Source: Narcine bancroftii (taxonomy: Eukaryota). From it: a stretch of DNA of 64,000 bases. The stretch's first letter is position 1. Each line of letters begins with the position of its first letter. The position numbers and the translations under genes were made by a program. The stretch covers positions 77,872,001-77,936,000 of the forward strand of contig NC_091474.1 in assembly GCF_036971445.1 (NCBI RefSeq). Reading direction: 5' to 3'. This document shows positions 1 through 10,573 of this stretch, in pieces. The notes under the pieces were generated by a model. That model searched no databases. It saw only the letters and a program-made list of their open reading frames with translations, and had not been told where the DNA came from.

Positions 1-90
1 CCAACAGCTCAATTAACCTACTGTAGGTAGGTAAATCAACAAAGATAGGAGACAGAACGTGCAAACTCCTTATGGACAGCACCGGATGTA
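1..90 (-). mobile_element. tRNA-derived V-SINE-like fragment
   Basis: agaacgtgcaaactccttatggacagc resembles the SINE body repeated at 22.8, 44.2, 51.4, 59.2 and 60.1 kb. Confidence 0.5.
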
Positions 91-117
91 GCAGTTAGCG
101 TGTCGATATATATACAC

Positions 118-215
118 AAATACATCTGCAGAAATTTACCAGGGTTTCCAATGTCATATCAAACCTCCACAAACTCCTGACGAAGTAGAGGCGTCAACGC
201 GCTTTCTTCACAATA
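118..215 (-). mobile_element. Rex1/Babar-like LINE fragment (RT C-terminal part)
   Basis: Reverse strand reads IVKKAR*RLYFVRSLWRFDMTLETLVNFCRC, homologous to 7025-7120 and 34260-34340. Confidence 0.6.
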
Positions 216-1004
216 TACACTGTTTGTCGGTACATGTCTTCATGTATTGCATTGGGGACCAGAAAATGCTGTTTTGTCAGGTTGGACTGCTACAATAGGT
301 TGATAAGTGAACTTGAACTCTCGGTGCTCTAGTTTCCTTTGTCATCCCAAAGATGTGGTGTCCTAAATAGTTACTGGAAATGACCCTTTATCATAGGTTA
401 ATGGAAAAAGAATAAAAGACATAGAAATGTGCATTCAACCTTGAATAGCACACTGCTTTAGTTTATGAAGTCCAAAAGTTTAGGTTACATGTCTGAATGG
501 CTCTTACAGTTTACTTTTTCACATGTCTCCAAGTTACCAAATTTTCAAATCTAAGCCTTTAGATATTTAATTCAGTAGAGTTCTGTCCTGCATGTTTGGC
601 ATTTGTACTGAATTTTGTTTACATTTACATGTTTTTGCTCTATCATTTTTGATATTTGCCTTTTGCGAAGCAATTTTAACTGCAACAAACCAGATGGGAA
701 CTTCTATGAAAGTAATGTCGCAGCAGGAAGGAGATAGGAAAGTTGACATCTTCAACCAGCTGAGGTATCTAACCATAAAAACATTTCCTAGTTTGTAAGG
801 ATCAGCTTTGAGTACCAATACTCATCAGGATAGCAGCTGATGTTTTACCTGATTCATTCACAGAATGAATATGTGCACTGCTTCCAAGTAAGCTTATGGT
901 CATTTGTGTCCTCAACGATGCCCAAGGAATGTTACCGATTACCATCATGAACTGGTTACATTTCCTTGTGGTAGATGTTCATTGCCTGCTGCATATTGCA
1001 TATA

Positions 1005-1330
1005 TTGCTCTGTTCTCGCTGCTACCATCAGGATAGAGGCATCGGTGCCACAAGACTCGCACCATCAGGTTCAGGAACAGCTGCTCCCCCTCCTCCATCA
1101 GACTCCTCAACGACAAACTCTTACTTTTGCACTTTATTGATTTTTAAAAAATTCTTTGTATTGCACAGTCAGTTTGTTGACATTCATTATCTGTTTACAG
1201 TTCTTTATTTGTTCATTGGTAGTGCAAACAAAAACTGTATACAATCAGTAGTAAATCTGTGTCGCCTGCAGGAAAAAGAATCTCAGGGTTGTATGTGATG
1301 TCGTGTATAAACTCTGACAATATATTAGAA
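1005..1330 (+). mobile_element. Rex1/Babar-like LINE 3' end (subfamily A)
   Basis: ggttcaggaacagctgctccccc...ctctgacaata shared with 7020-7622 and 50620-50972. Confidence 0.75.
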
Positions 1331-1436
1331 ATGTTATTGAGGTCAATCATCCCAATCATACACCATTATGGCTGATGAAATGCAAATGAAATGGAATGTT
1401 ATGCAATTGTTCACAGACCCCCACCAGACCCCGGAC

Positions 1437-1548
1437 CTTGTGATGAAGTGAATTAATGATGATGAAGCTGAAGATGTTTGGTTTGAGGACTCTGCCTTGT
1501 AAATGCCAGTGCAGTCTGATGTGAGGGGAATAATCTGCATTGGGTAGA
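1437..1548 (-). CDS. possible internal exon of divergent minus-strand gene
   Basis: Acceptor ccatttttcaag; open in phase 1 (VYPMQIIPLTSDCTGIYKAESSNQTSSASSSLIHFIT), compatible with the 2510-2457 exon; donor gtccgg is weak. Confidence 0.25.
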
Positions 1549-2456
1549 CTTGAAAAATGGAGTCAAGTGAAAGAAATATCTCTATTATATCCAATTCACT
1601 TGATATTGAAAATAATATTCCAGTTGACTGCTTTAAATAGCAAGACCAGTGAATTGGATGGTGTATGAAAAACATACATGCATTGATAAAATTATTAAAT
1701 GAATGAGCCATATAATTCATAGTTTTCCCCCGAAAACTTCACTAAAAGTGATGTAAATTAGGGAGATTAATTTAGGATTGTTCTCATGATATAATAGGAA
1801 AGTTAACAATATTATATTGCAAATTTGCTGAGTTGAATATTGTACTAAGCAAAGCTTCCAAAATTTGTACATATTCACCTCTGAGAGAGGGTTAAAATGA
1901 GCTGGTGGCTATTCTTTTTGAAACATGAAAGTGATGGATATTCATCTTTACACTTGCTATTTTCTTTGTTTTTGTTTAATTTTATCATTTTGGCTTGTTA
2001 ACTATCCCTGAATTAGCCAACTCAATTCTATCTCCTTTAATCTCAGAAATAGTGCATCTGTGTGTTAGAGATCAATATGTGCACATCCGATTGGAACAAA
2101 CTTACCATCATAATGTCCATGATCTCTTTTTCTTTTGGAATTGCAGTTCCTGATTTTATGAATTTTTCTATTTTTAAAAAAATAACTACATATTAAAGAA
2201 CAAAAATCAATTTGGGATCACAGTTAAAACATTTCTGTTACAAACTCTGTTACATAATTCTTTGCTTCAAGGCTGAATCTGAATCCTAATTCTTACGCAT
2301 GTCTTAAATGGCACCAGAACATGGTGATATTTTGAGAGCTGCTCCTCTCAGATGCTCTTCTTATATCCCACTATTATCATTCTACTCTTTAATATCTCTA
2401 CTCCAACACTGTTAGAGATACTAGAAATGCTCCATGAAACCTACTTTTAGGTTTAC

Positions 2457-2510
2457 CTGTCCTTAGCCCATCAGAAGATGATGCCTTGCATTGTTTAATT
2501 GCACTTTTCC
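2457..2510 (-). CDS. candidate 54-nt phase 1-1 exon of unidentified divergent gene
   Basis: Minus strand ggttttttaaag|GGAAAAGT...GGACAG|gtaaac; phase-1 frame open (KSAIKQCKASSSDGLRT). Confidence 0.45.
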
Positions 2511-2627
2511 CTTTAAAAAACCACACTCTGTACTTTGTCTTAAATGACAGTATACCCTAGTTTGTTCTAATGCTGTTTTCACTCTTGCACTGTCTACTGT
2601 ACTTACTACCTGCTGACTTGCCTTGAT

Positions 2628-3325
2628 AGAATCAGAATTTATTGTCATGAACAAGTCATGAAATTTAGTGTTTTATGGCTGTATCATAGTGTAGAGCACA
2701 TCGAAAAAACCAAAGACTTGTTGATCCAAACCAAGGCTTTTATTAACTAAAAGACTGGAGCGTATCAGATGTAGGTCGACCAGTCCAGAATGACCTAGTC
2801 TGGCTAGGAGGAACACTTTAAGACCTGCCAGTAGGTGTGGCTACATTCTCAGCCAATCACAGTCATCCTACACTACAATCTGTACATATACACATTGGTG
2901 ATAGAATCTGTACTGTCACACATAGTGCAAACATTTATATTATAACCATCTTACAACACTATAAAAAATAAAATTAATAGTGCACGAAAAGTAAAGTATT
3001 GTTCAGGAATCTGACGGCAGCGGGAAAGAAGCTGTCCTTGTGCCACTGAGTGCTCATCTTTAGGCTCCTGTACCTTTTTCCCAATGGTAGTAGAGGGAAG
3101 AGGGCGTGGCTTGGGTGGTGGTGGGGTCTTTGAGGATAGAGGCTGCTTTTAAAAGACACCGCCTCGTGTAGATGTCCTCGATGGAGTGAAGTCTGGTGCC
3201 TGTGATGTCATAGGCCGAGTTAACAACCCTCTAGAGTTTATTCTTGTCCTGAGATTTGATGCTTCCATACCAGGCAGTGATGCCAGAATGCTCTCTACAA
3301 TTTTTGAAAATTTTCAGTGACAAAC
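2628..3325 (-). mobile_element. Rex1/Babar-like LINE 3' portion (subfamily B), interrupted by solo LTR
   Basis: LPLGKRYRSLKMSTQWHKDSFFPAAVRFLN and tail cttgttcatgacaataaa, as at 34560-34812. Confidence 0.8.
2690..2920 (-). mobile_element. solo LTR (231 bp)
   Basis: TG...CA termini; 5-bp TSD CATAG at 2685-2689 and 2921-2925; AATAAA on minus strand; removing it restores the LINE 3' UTR. Confidence 0.85.
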
Positions 3326-4549
3326 CGAGTATAGCCTCTAGCGAGCCTTCTTTGTGATTGCATGCAAAAGAAAGCTTTTCAGTGTATTTCGATGCACGAG
3401 GCAATAAATAATTCAATTCAAAATTCAATTCATTGAAATCACTACAGGGATTTAAGGAAGAACACATGAAAAATCTAAATGTAATAAAGGTTTCACACAA
3501 AAGCTAACATTGATCATTTGAACATGAAAAATTAATGAGTCGTTACAGGAAGTATTCTCGAGTACTCTAATGGTCTTAGAGTGAAACAAATTGAGCATTA
3601 ATCAAGACTATAACAGCACCTGAAAATATAGGGGAAAGATTTATTTTCAGACACTGAGCCTCATTTTCAAAAGCATAATTAAAAAAAAATCTCATATTCA
3701 CAGCCATAACTTTGATCAGCTGCCTGAACTATCTCAAACAAGATTTTAATTTGCACTTTCAACTCTCACCACTCATCAACCAGTCCCTATATTCCATGAT
3801 GGTTTGCATCTTGTGATGGAAACATATTCACTGACATATCCATCAGGTATTCATTTCTACACTTATGCTTTGACATTGCATAATGTTTCTGGTGCTTTGA
3901 AGTATGCCACAAGGTGGTGCCCTAACTACAGAATGAATGATTTTAATACATACAGAAGTCAAATCCTATCAGATCATTTCTGAATCACTGCATTGACAAA
4001 ATTGGTCTTCTTAATAAAATGTCTTTGTTTCTTAATATCGTTATTTTTTTGCCCCTTTTTTTGAGATCTTATCCTTCCGTATACTTCTCAATTATTTGTC
4101 ACAAAGAAGACATAAGTATGGCACCTCAATCAACAACAAATTCATGACGGTTGATCAACATCATTGAAAAATGCTAGTCACAAGACTTTCTGAGACCTGT
4201 TGTGATTGATATGTTAATGTCAATGGAAAACACAACTTTTCCCTTTTGGATATATGAATTTGTATGTGTCAACAGTTAGTTAGGACATGACTTTGCAAAT
4301 GCCTTAATGCTATTCCATGATTTCAATATTCTCATTATTTTAAACCAGCTTCAGGGTTTACTTTGAAGATGTTTTTCATCTTGGCAGAATATTGAACAGT
4401 GAACCACTGGCAATCTTCCCTTAGTTATTTATCTTGCATGTGCGTCAGAACAGATCTTTCATTCAGTGAGAGAGAAATTGCTGGATTTATAATCTCCTAT
4501 ACAATTAAAATTATGCCTATGGATGGCACTGATATGAGTGCATTATAGG

Positions 4550-4900
4550 ATATGTGGAGGTCATAAAGAGGGCACAGAGAAAATTCACTGGGATGTTGCT
4601 AGCATAAGAAATATTTGGCCAAAAGAGATTGGACAAAGTTGGATTTTTTTCCGGAGCACTAGACGAGAAACCTGATCAGTCTATAACATTTTGAGAGACA
4701 TAGATGTCATAGTTCGTCACTCATTTTCCTTGAGTGGAAATGTCAAATTCTAGAGGGCATAGCTATTCAGATGAGGAGGGGATATTTAAATGAGATATTC
4801 AAGGCAAGTTTTTGGTTTTTGGAATGGCTGCTGGGGGTGGGAGGGGTAGTGGAAGCAGATAACATGGTGCTAGTTAAGACAGATTTGGACAAGCACATGA
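4550..4900 (+). mobile_element. degraded CR1 LINE 3' fragment
   Basis: agagggcacagagaaaattcactgggatgttgc... resembles the clearer CR1 copy at 62395-62881. Confidence 0.5.
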
Positions 4901-4907
4901 ATACAGT

Positions 4908-5390
4908 GAAACACAAAAGTCTGCAGACACTGTGCTTGTAATTAAAAAAAACCCACTGAAAAGCTGGTGGAACTCAGCCATTCTTTCAGAGTCCTTAGGA
5001 AACAAAGATACATTGGCAATATTTTGGGCCTTCAAGGAATAAGCAAAGAATAAGCAGCATGATGCAAAAAAAAAAACCCCAGGAAATCTCAGAATAGAGA
5101 TAATGTTGGCTAGAGGAGGAATCCAGACCAACAAAAGGTATTCACTGGATATGATCAAGGTAAAAAATGATTATGTCAGTGTGAAAGGAGACAGAGAAAA
5201 GGGAGAGAGACAGAGCTGGGGGAAGGTGACAGGGGAAAGAAGTGAGGGGGAGGTGGTTAATGAAAGCCAGAGAAGTCAATATTAATGCCATCCAGTTGGA
5301 AGATGGGGATGTTGATCCTCCAATTTATAGGTAGTCTCAGTCTGGCAGTGCATGAGACCATGGGCGGACATGTCTGCAAGGGAATGGGGC
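4908..5390 (-). mobile_element. Penelope-like element fragment
   Basis: Minus strand reads ETTYKLEDQH...QLDGINIDFSGF, like the C-terminus of Penelope GIY-YIG ORFs; related pieces at 17875-17950, 54290-54430, 59600-59700, 61705-61905. Confidence 0.55.
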
Positions 5391-6017
5391 ACATGAATAT
5401 GCGGGACTGCATGGATAGGGAGCATGTGGGATTGGTTTAAATTGGCATCATGGGCAGCACAGACCTTGTGATCTGAAGGGCCTGTTTAGTTGCTGCACTG
5501 TCGATCATTTTTCTCATTTCGTTAGGAGTGCCTGATCTGCTGAACACTTTCTGTTTTTATTTTAGATTTGTAGCATCTGAAAGTTTTTGATTTTCAGAGG
5601 TACATATCGAGTTCAAGGACACATTGCATTAACACCCTTGTATTAGGCCTGGGTGAAAGTGAGCACACGATCCAAAAGGCAGAACAAGCTATTCCCATCG
5701 GCACAGGTGCATGAGGTCTTTAGCAAATCTGCAGGGTATACTGGAAGTGTGGAAGAAGGACTGCAAAGTTTGAAGCCTAAAAAGAATGTTCAAAGTTCAG
5801 ATTTATTGTCAGAGTACATACATAACATCCCTTAGTTTCTATTTCAGGCTTCAGGAATACCATATTCATCTGGAGTACTTGTGAGTGACAATGTTTCAGG
5901 GCTTTGAAATGTTATATTCTAGTAATTAAGATCCCCTAGCAGTTCCAGTTAATTAATATTAGACTTGTGAGTCCATGTATATTTTTATGTAGAAATAGCC
6001 CGATGCCCAACATTCAC

Positions 6018-6149
6018 CTTGTACTATACAAGATCCATTAATGTGAAGGCAATCCCTTTGGCATATTTGTACAGAATCTCTCTTTTCGCTGAATACAAGC
6101 ATGTCAGTGATTCTTGACTGATACCCTTTTGTGGAAATATCTCCAGTAT
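6018..6149 (-). CDS. candidate 132-nt phase 1-1 exon of unidentified divergent gene
   Basis: Minus strand ttttgtatatttttcag|ATACTG...TACAAG|gtgaatg; only the phase-1 frame is open (TGDISTKGYQSRITDMLVFSEKRDSVQICQRDCLHINGSCIVQ). Confidence 0.5.
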
Positions 6150-7019
6150 CTGAAAAATATACAAAATTCATTGGTTCACTAGGTGAAGGTTGTCTTGACT
6201 GGATTAGAGTGGTGAAAATCTACAGTGATGGAAACAAAGGCAAGAGTCATTTTTCATTTAGTCTTTTTCTGCTACAATAAGTGGCAATTCTGTCTGGCCT
6301 GGAGGAAAAAGAATCTCAGGGTGTATGTGATGTCATGTCTGAACTGACAATAAACCTGAAATCTCATAATTTTCCCTTGAGTTTGAGCAAAAGTTAATAC
6401 TGAAATCTCTGTACTTCTGAACAGCTACTGATCACCCCACTCCAACCTGGCTTCCTCTCCATGCCAATGCCACTTGGTCTGCAAGCGTAGAAAGATAAAT
6501 GCATGGAAATTCCCCACGGATCTTATTTCTTGGTCAGCTATACTCCTCCCACTTAAATTGTTTCAACTACAGTTACCACAGCTGAGAAGAAATAAAACCA
6601 TGCAGCGTCTTCCCTGACCTCAGGACATTCTAAAACAACTTTCAGAAGGCTGTGAATCACCGTTGAACACTGTAATGTCCCCAATAAAACAAGGAGGTGA
6701 ATCAGCTATTGGAGAGATTCTGGATTAAAGATAAATATTGACGAGGATTAGATTATATTGTGACTACTTTAAGATTATTTCCCTGCTCAAATTGTTACCT
6801 CATTTCTCCTCGAGCATTCTGAACCCATTTGACCTGTTGCACTTGATATTGCATTCAATTTGCATAGCCAATGAGATAAAAAAAATGATGTTGGTAGAAT
6901 GGTTTAAGATGACATCCACTAGAGGTTAAAGTGAAATATATGGAAGTTGTCATGGAGAGGAGGAGTTAAGTTCTTGTGAGTCACTAATTCAGAGGAGCTT
7001 TCCTGGACCTAATGCACTC

Positions 7020-7622
7020 GTGGCATTGTGAAGAAAGCAGGTTAGCACCTCCACTTTCTCAGGAGTTTGCGAAGATTTGGCATGACATCAGAAACCCTGG
7101 CAAATTTCTGCAGATGTGTGGTGGGAAGTGTGCTTACCGGCTGCATCGCGGTCTGGTATGAGGACACCAATACCTCTGCGCATAAAACCCTGCAAAAGGT
7201 GGTGGACACAGTCTAGGACATTACATGCAAAACCTTTCCCATCATTGAGAACATCTACGGGGAATACTGCCATCAGAGAGCAATAGCAATCATCAAGGAT
7301 GCACACGATCCAGCACATGCTCTGTGCTTATCAGGAAAGAGGTGTCGGTGCCACAAGACTCACTCCACCAGGTTCAGGAACAGCTCCCACCCCTCCACCA
7401 TCAGACTCCTCAACAACCAACTCAATCAGGGACTCATTTACTTTTGCACTTCATTGAGTTTTGTTTCCCTCTGAAATTCAGTTTGTTTCCATTTCTTTAT
7501 TTATTTACATGTGTACATTTTTTTCTTTGCACTACATAAGTGGTGATTCTGCTTCACCTGCAAGAAAACGAACCTCAGGTTTGTATGTAATGCCATGTAT
7601 ATTGTCAATAAATCTGAAATCT
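7020..7622 (+). mobile_element. Rex1/Babar-like LINE, 5'-truncated (subfamily A)
   Basis: Decayed RT C-terminus (GCIAVWY, LQKVV) and tail gtcaataaatctgaaatct. Confidence 0.85.
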
Positions 7623-8400
7623 CCAAGAGAAACTGCTTGACATACTTAGGTGGGGCTGAATATTGATGTAAATAGATTTCAGTGCATGATTATAAAACGA
7701 GCTTCCTAAGCCACATTCCCGCTTCTTCCAGCTCTCCTTCTGCTCACTTATTGCATTATTACCTCTGCTTTGCCCCACTGTATGCTTATTTTTCACTGAA
7801 CTTCAGAATAATGCAGTGGGACCACACAGAAATTCCTCACTGATCAATCCAAAGAGCCACAATGAGACACAAGTTTGCAATAGTCTGCAGTTTGCAGTTT
7901 ATTAATTGGGCTACATGGTGTGTTTGCAGAGGGTACATCTGGTCTTCCGACAGCTATTCAATAACACTGGACAACAAATTTTTTTTAACAGGTTTGCTTC
8001 CTGAAAACAAAAATTGGGGATTATGATCGACAACTTCAAGCTGAGTACGTAGATAATTTCAGATTTGCTATATCACGTAGGAAATTGGAAAAATATTAAC
8101 TTTTTTTGAATTAAGCACGTTTAATCGCATGATGTACCTCTGAACCAAGCTCTCAGGTTGACTGCATATGTTGCACTACCCATATGAGGAGCCCAGGGTT
8201 TGTCTAGTCACCAATTTTACAACTGAAATAGAGCTCATAGGCTTTCTTAATAAGTGCAGTCATACTTAAATGTATACTTGTCATAAATTTTCGAGACATT
8301 TCTGCTGTACTGAATCTTCCTGAAGACAATACATGCTATTGTAAGTGCACTCACTGTGCTATTACCAGAAGAACATGTGCATCAACATGTGTTTAATCTT

Positions 8401-8439
8401 CTTTTCTTTGGCTTGGCTTCGCGGACGAAGATTTATGTA
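8401..8439 (-). mobile_element. ultra-short RTE LINE 3'-end insertion
   Basis: tctttggcttggcttcgcggacgaagatttatg is the reverse complement of the RTE 3' terminus at 53254-53286; flanked by TAATCTT direct repeats (8394-8400, 8440-8446). Confidence 0.75.
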
Positions 8440-8662
8440 TAATCTTTATTATTGTTATGTTTAATCTATAATCAATGTAATACACAGCATCTGTGTATGT
8501 GAACTGCTTTTATAGCCTGTCGGTATTTATCCTGCCTAAGCATGCCCAGGCTTAAGACAACATTTGCATAGCACCAGCATTGAGTGCATGCTCAGGCATG
8601 CTTGGACTGACCAATATACTAGTAGACTTAGAATATGTTGGGAAATGACAATAAATATGTAA

Positions 8663-9288
8663 TATCTAAAAAAAGATACGTGATAGGAACATTTTAAGGT
8701 GATTTTCGTGATCAGTAGCCAAACATCCATAAAAAACACCCCAAAGTGTTCATGAAACAAAATCTTCATTGTCCAGAGTAATTCTCATTAAAAAAAGTGA
8801 ATATCTGGACTGACAGCACCATGAAAATAAGCATTTATCTATATTATGAATGGATGCTATTTTTATTGCTAGGGAGATTGAGGATGATATGAGGAAAATA
8901 TTCATGTATTCTGCTGTATGAGGCAGGAAAGTGGTCTCATGGGCCAAGAATGCTGTGGCCTCAGTCTTTTTGATTTTCCAATAGGTATGAGGTACATTCA
9001 GCTTGTTTGGATGATAATGGATTCAGGGTGAATGGACAGTTAATTGGAAAGATGGCTTGTCTTTGTGGTTCAGGAAACAATTTAAGCGAACATAAATGAA
9101 AGGATAGTAGGATTAGTATTTTCATGGTGCTGTCAGTCCAGATACTCACTTTTTAAAAAAATGAGAATTACTCTGGACAATGAAGATTTTGTTTCATGAA
9201 CACTTTGGGGTTTTTTTTTAATGGATGTTTGGCTGTTGATCATGAAAATCACCTTAAAATGTTCCTATCATGTTCCTTTTTTTAGATA
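8663..9288. repeat. long inverted repeat (arms ~8663-8828 and ~9117-9288, spacer ~290 bp)
   Basis: e.g. ccaaagtgttcatgaaacaaaatcttcattgtccagagtaattctcatt is the exact reverse complement of aatgagaattactctggacaatgaagattttgtttcatgaacactttgg. Confidence 0.9.
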
Positions 9289-10573
9289 GTAGGATTGACA
9301 TTGTTCTCTGGCAAAAATGGAAGAGTCAGGAATGCTGTGTTGTCTGCTCAATGCCAGGATAATTGAAACTAAATTTGATTTCCAGAAAGTATTTGAAAAG
9401 ATATGGGATCAAACGTTCAACTTTTTACAGATTATAAAAATAACTTTGATGAACAGATCATTGTGGTATAGTTGCCGACAACAGAAAAAGACAGGTAACT
9501 ATGAAGAGACATCAGATGGATGCATTTGGACTTGAGTTAAGTGAGGATTCAAAGATCTAGCAAATGGAGTGTAATATCAGAAAAATGCAAAATTGTTCAT
9601 TGCTATAATGTGGAAAAATATAGATGAGTCAGTTGTCCAAATGGTGAAATTGCACAGCTTTGCATTGCAGAGGGGGGAATCAATGCATGTTAATGCATAA
9701 TTTTCAAAAAGTAAACGTGTGGTAAAAGTAGGTAATAGGAAAGCTAAACCTTCCCTTTTAATACAAAAGTAGACAAGTTATGTGTCAGTTATGAAACACT
9801 GCTGCTGGAGACAAGATGTCAAGTGTCCTGACAAACTCTGGGAGGACAGTCTGCTAGAGATATATGTAGATAGGAGATTGAGACAGATAGAGAGAAAGAG
9901 ATAGAAAGAGGACAGACACAGTGTAGAAAGATCACATGACCAACAGCTGGTCAGCATTCACTTGAGGAAGAAGAATTACTTTGACAGTTCTGTGATCTGA
10001 TCTTGGGACATAAAATGATCAGATAGGGTGTTTGAGAACTGACATCCTGTGAAAGGGACGGCCTGATGAATTGCAAAAGGCTAACAAGCATCCTTTCAAC
10101 TAATGAACCCTCTGCTCTGGAGGGTGAAACAGATGTGTCTTGTTTGCCAAGTCCTTGAATGAAGGACAACTTGTATGATAGACTTTGGAGTCGAAAGGGT
10201 CCTGGGCAGGTGCAAGAACAAAGAGAGTACAGTAAAATCCCCAGTCTCCAGCACCTACTGCTGATGCCAGATATGTGAAATTTTCTGGTTGCTTGAGACA
10301 TACTCTTACAATGCCAAAGTAATACAACTGCATTAAGAATAAACAGTTTAAAAGACAAAAGAAAATCCGAAAAGTAAGTTGAAACATATCAGTATTGTAT
10401 CCCCTAATTATGTAAAGTTCACTTCAATCAGATAATTCCCCTAACTGATAAGATTTAAATTTGAACCCCAGTCGCTGGCTCTGTAACAGTACTGTTCTAT
10501 CTGCTAGCGTTAACCGTTTACACTGAACAAACTTAACTTGCTACTTGAAAGTAATAAACATTTAAAAAAACAA

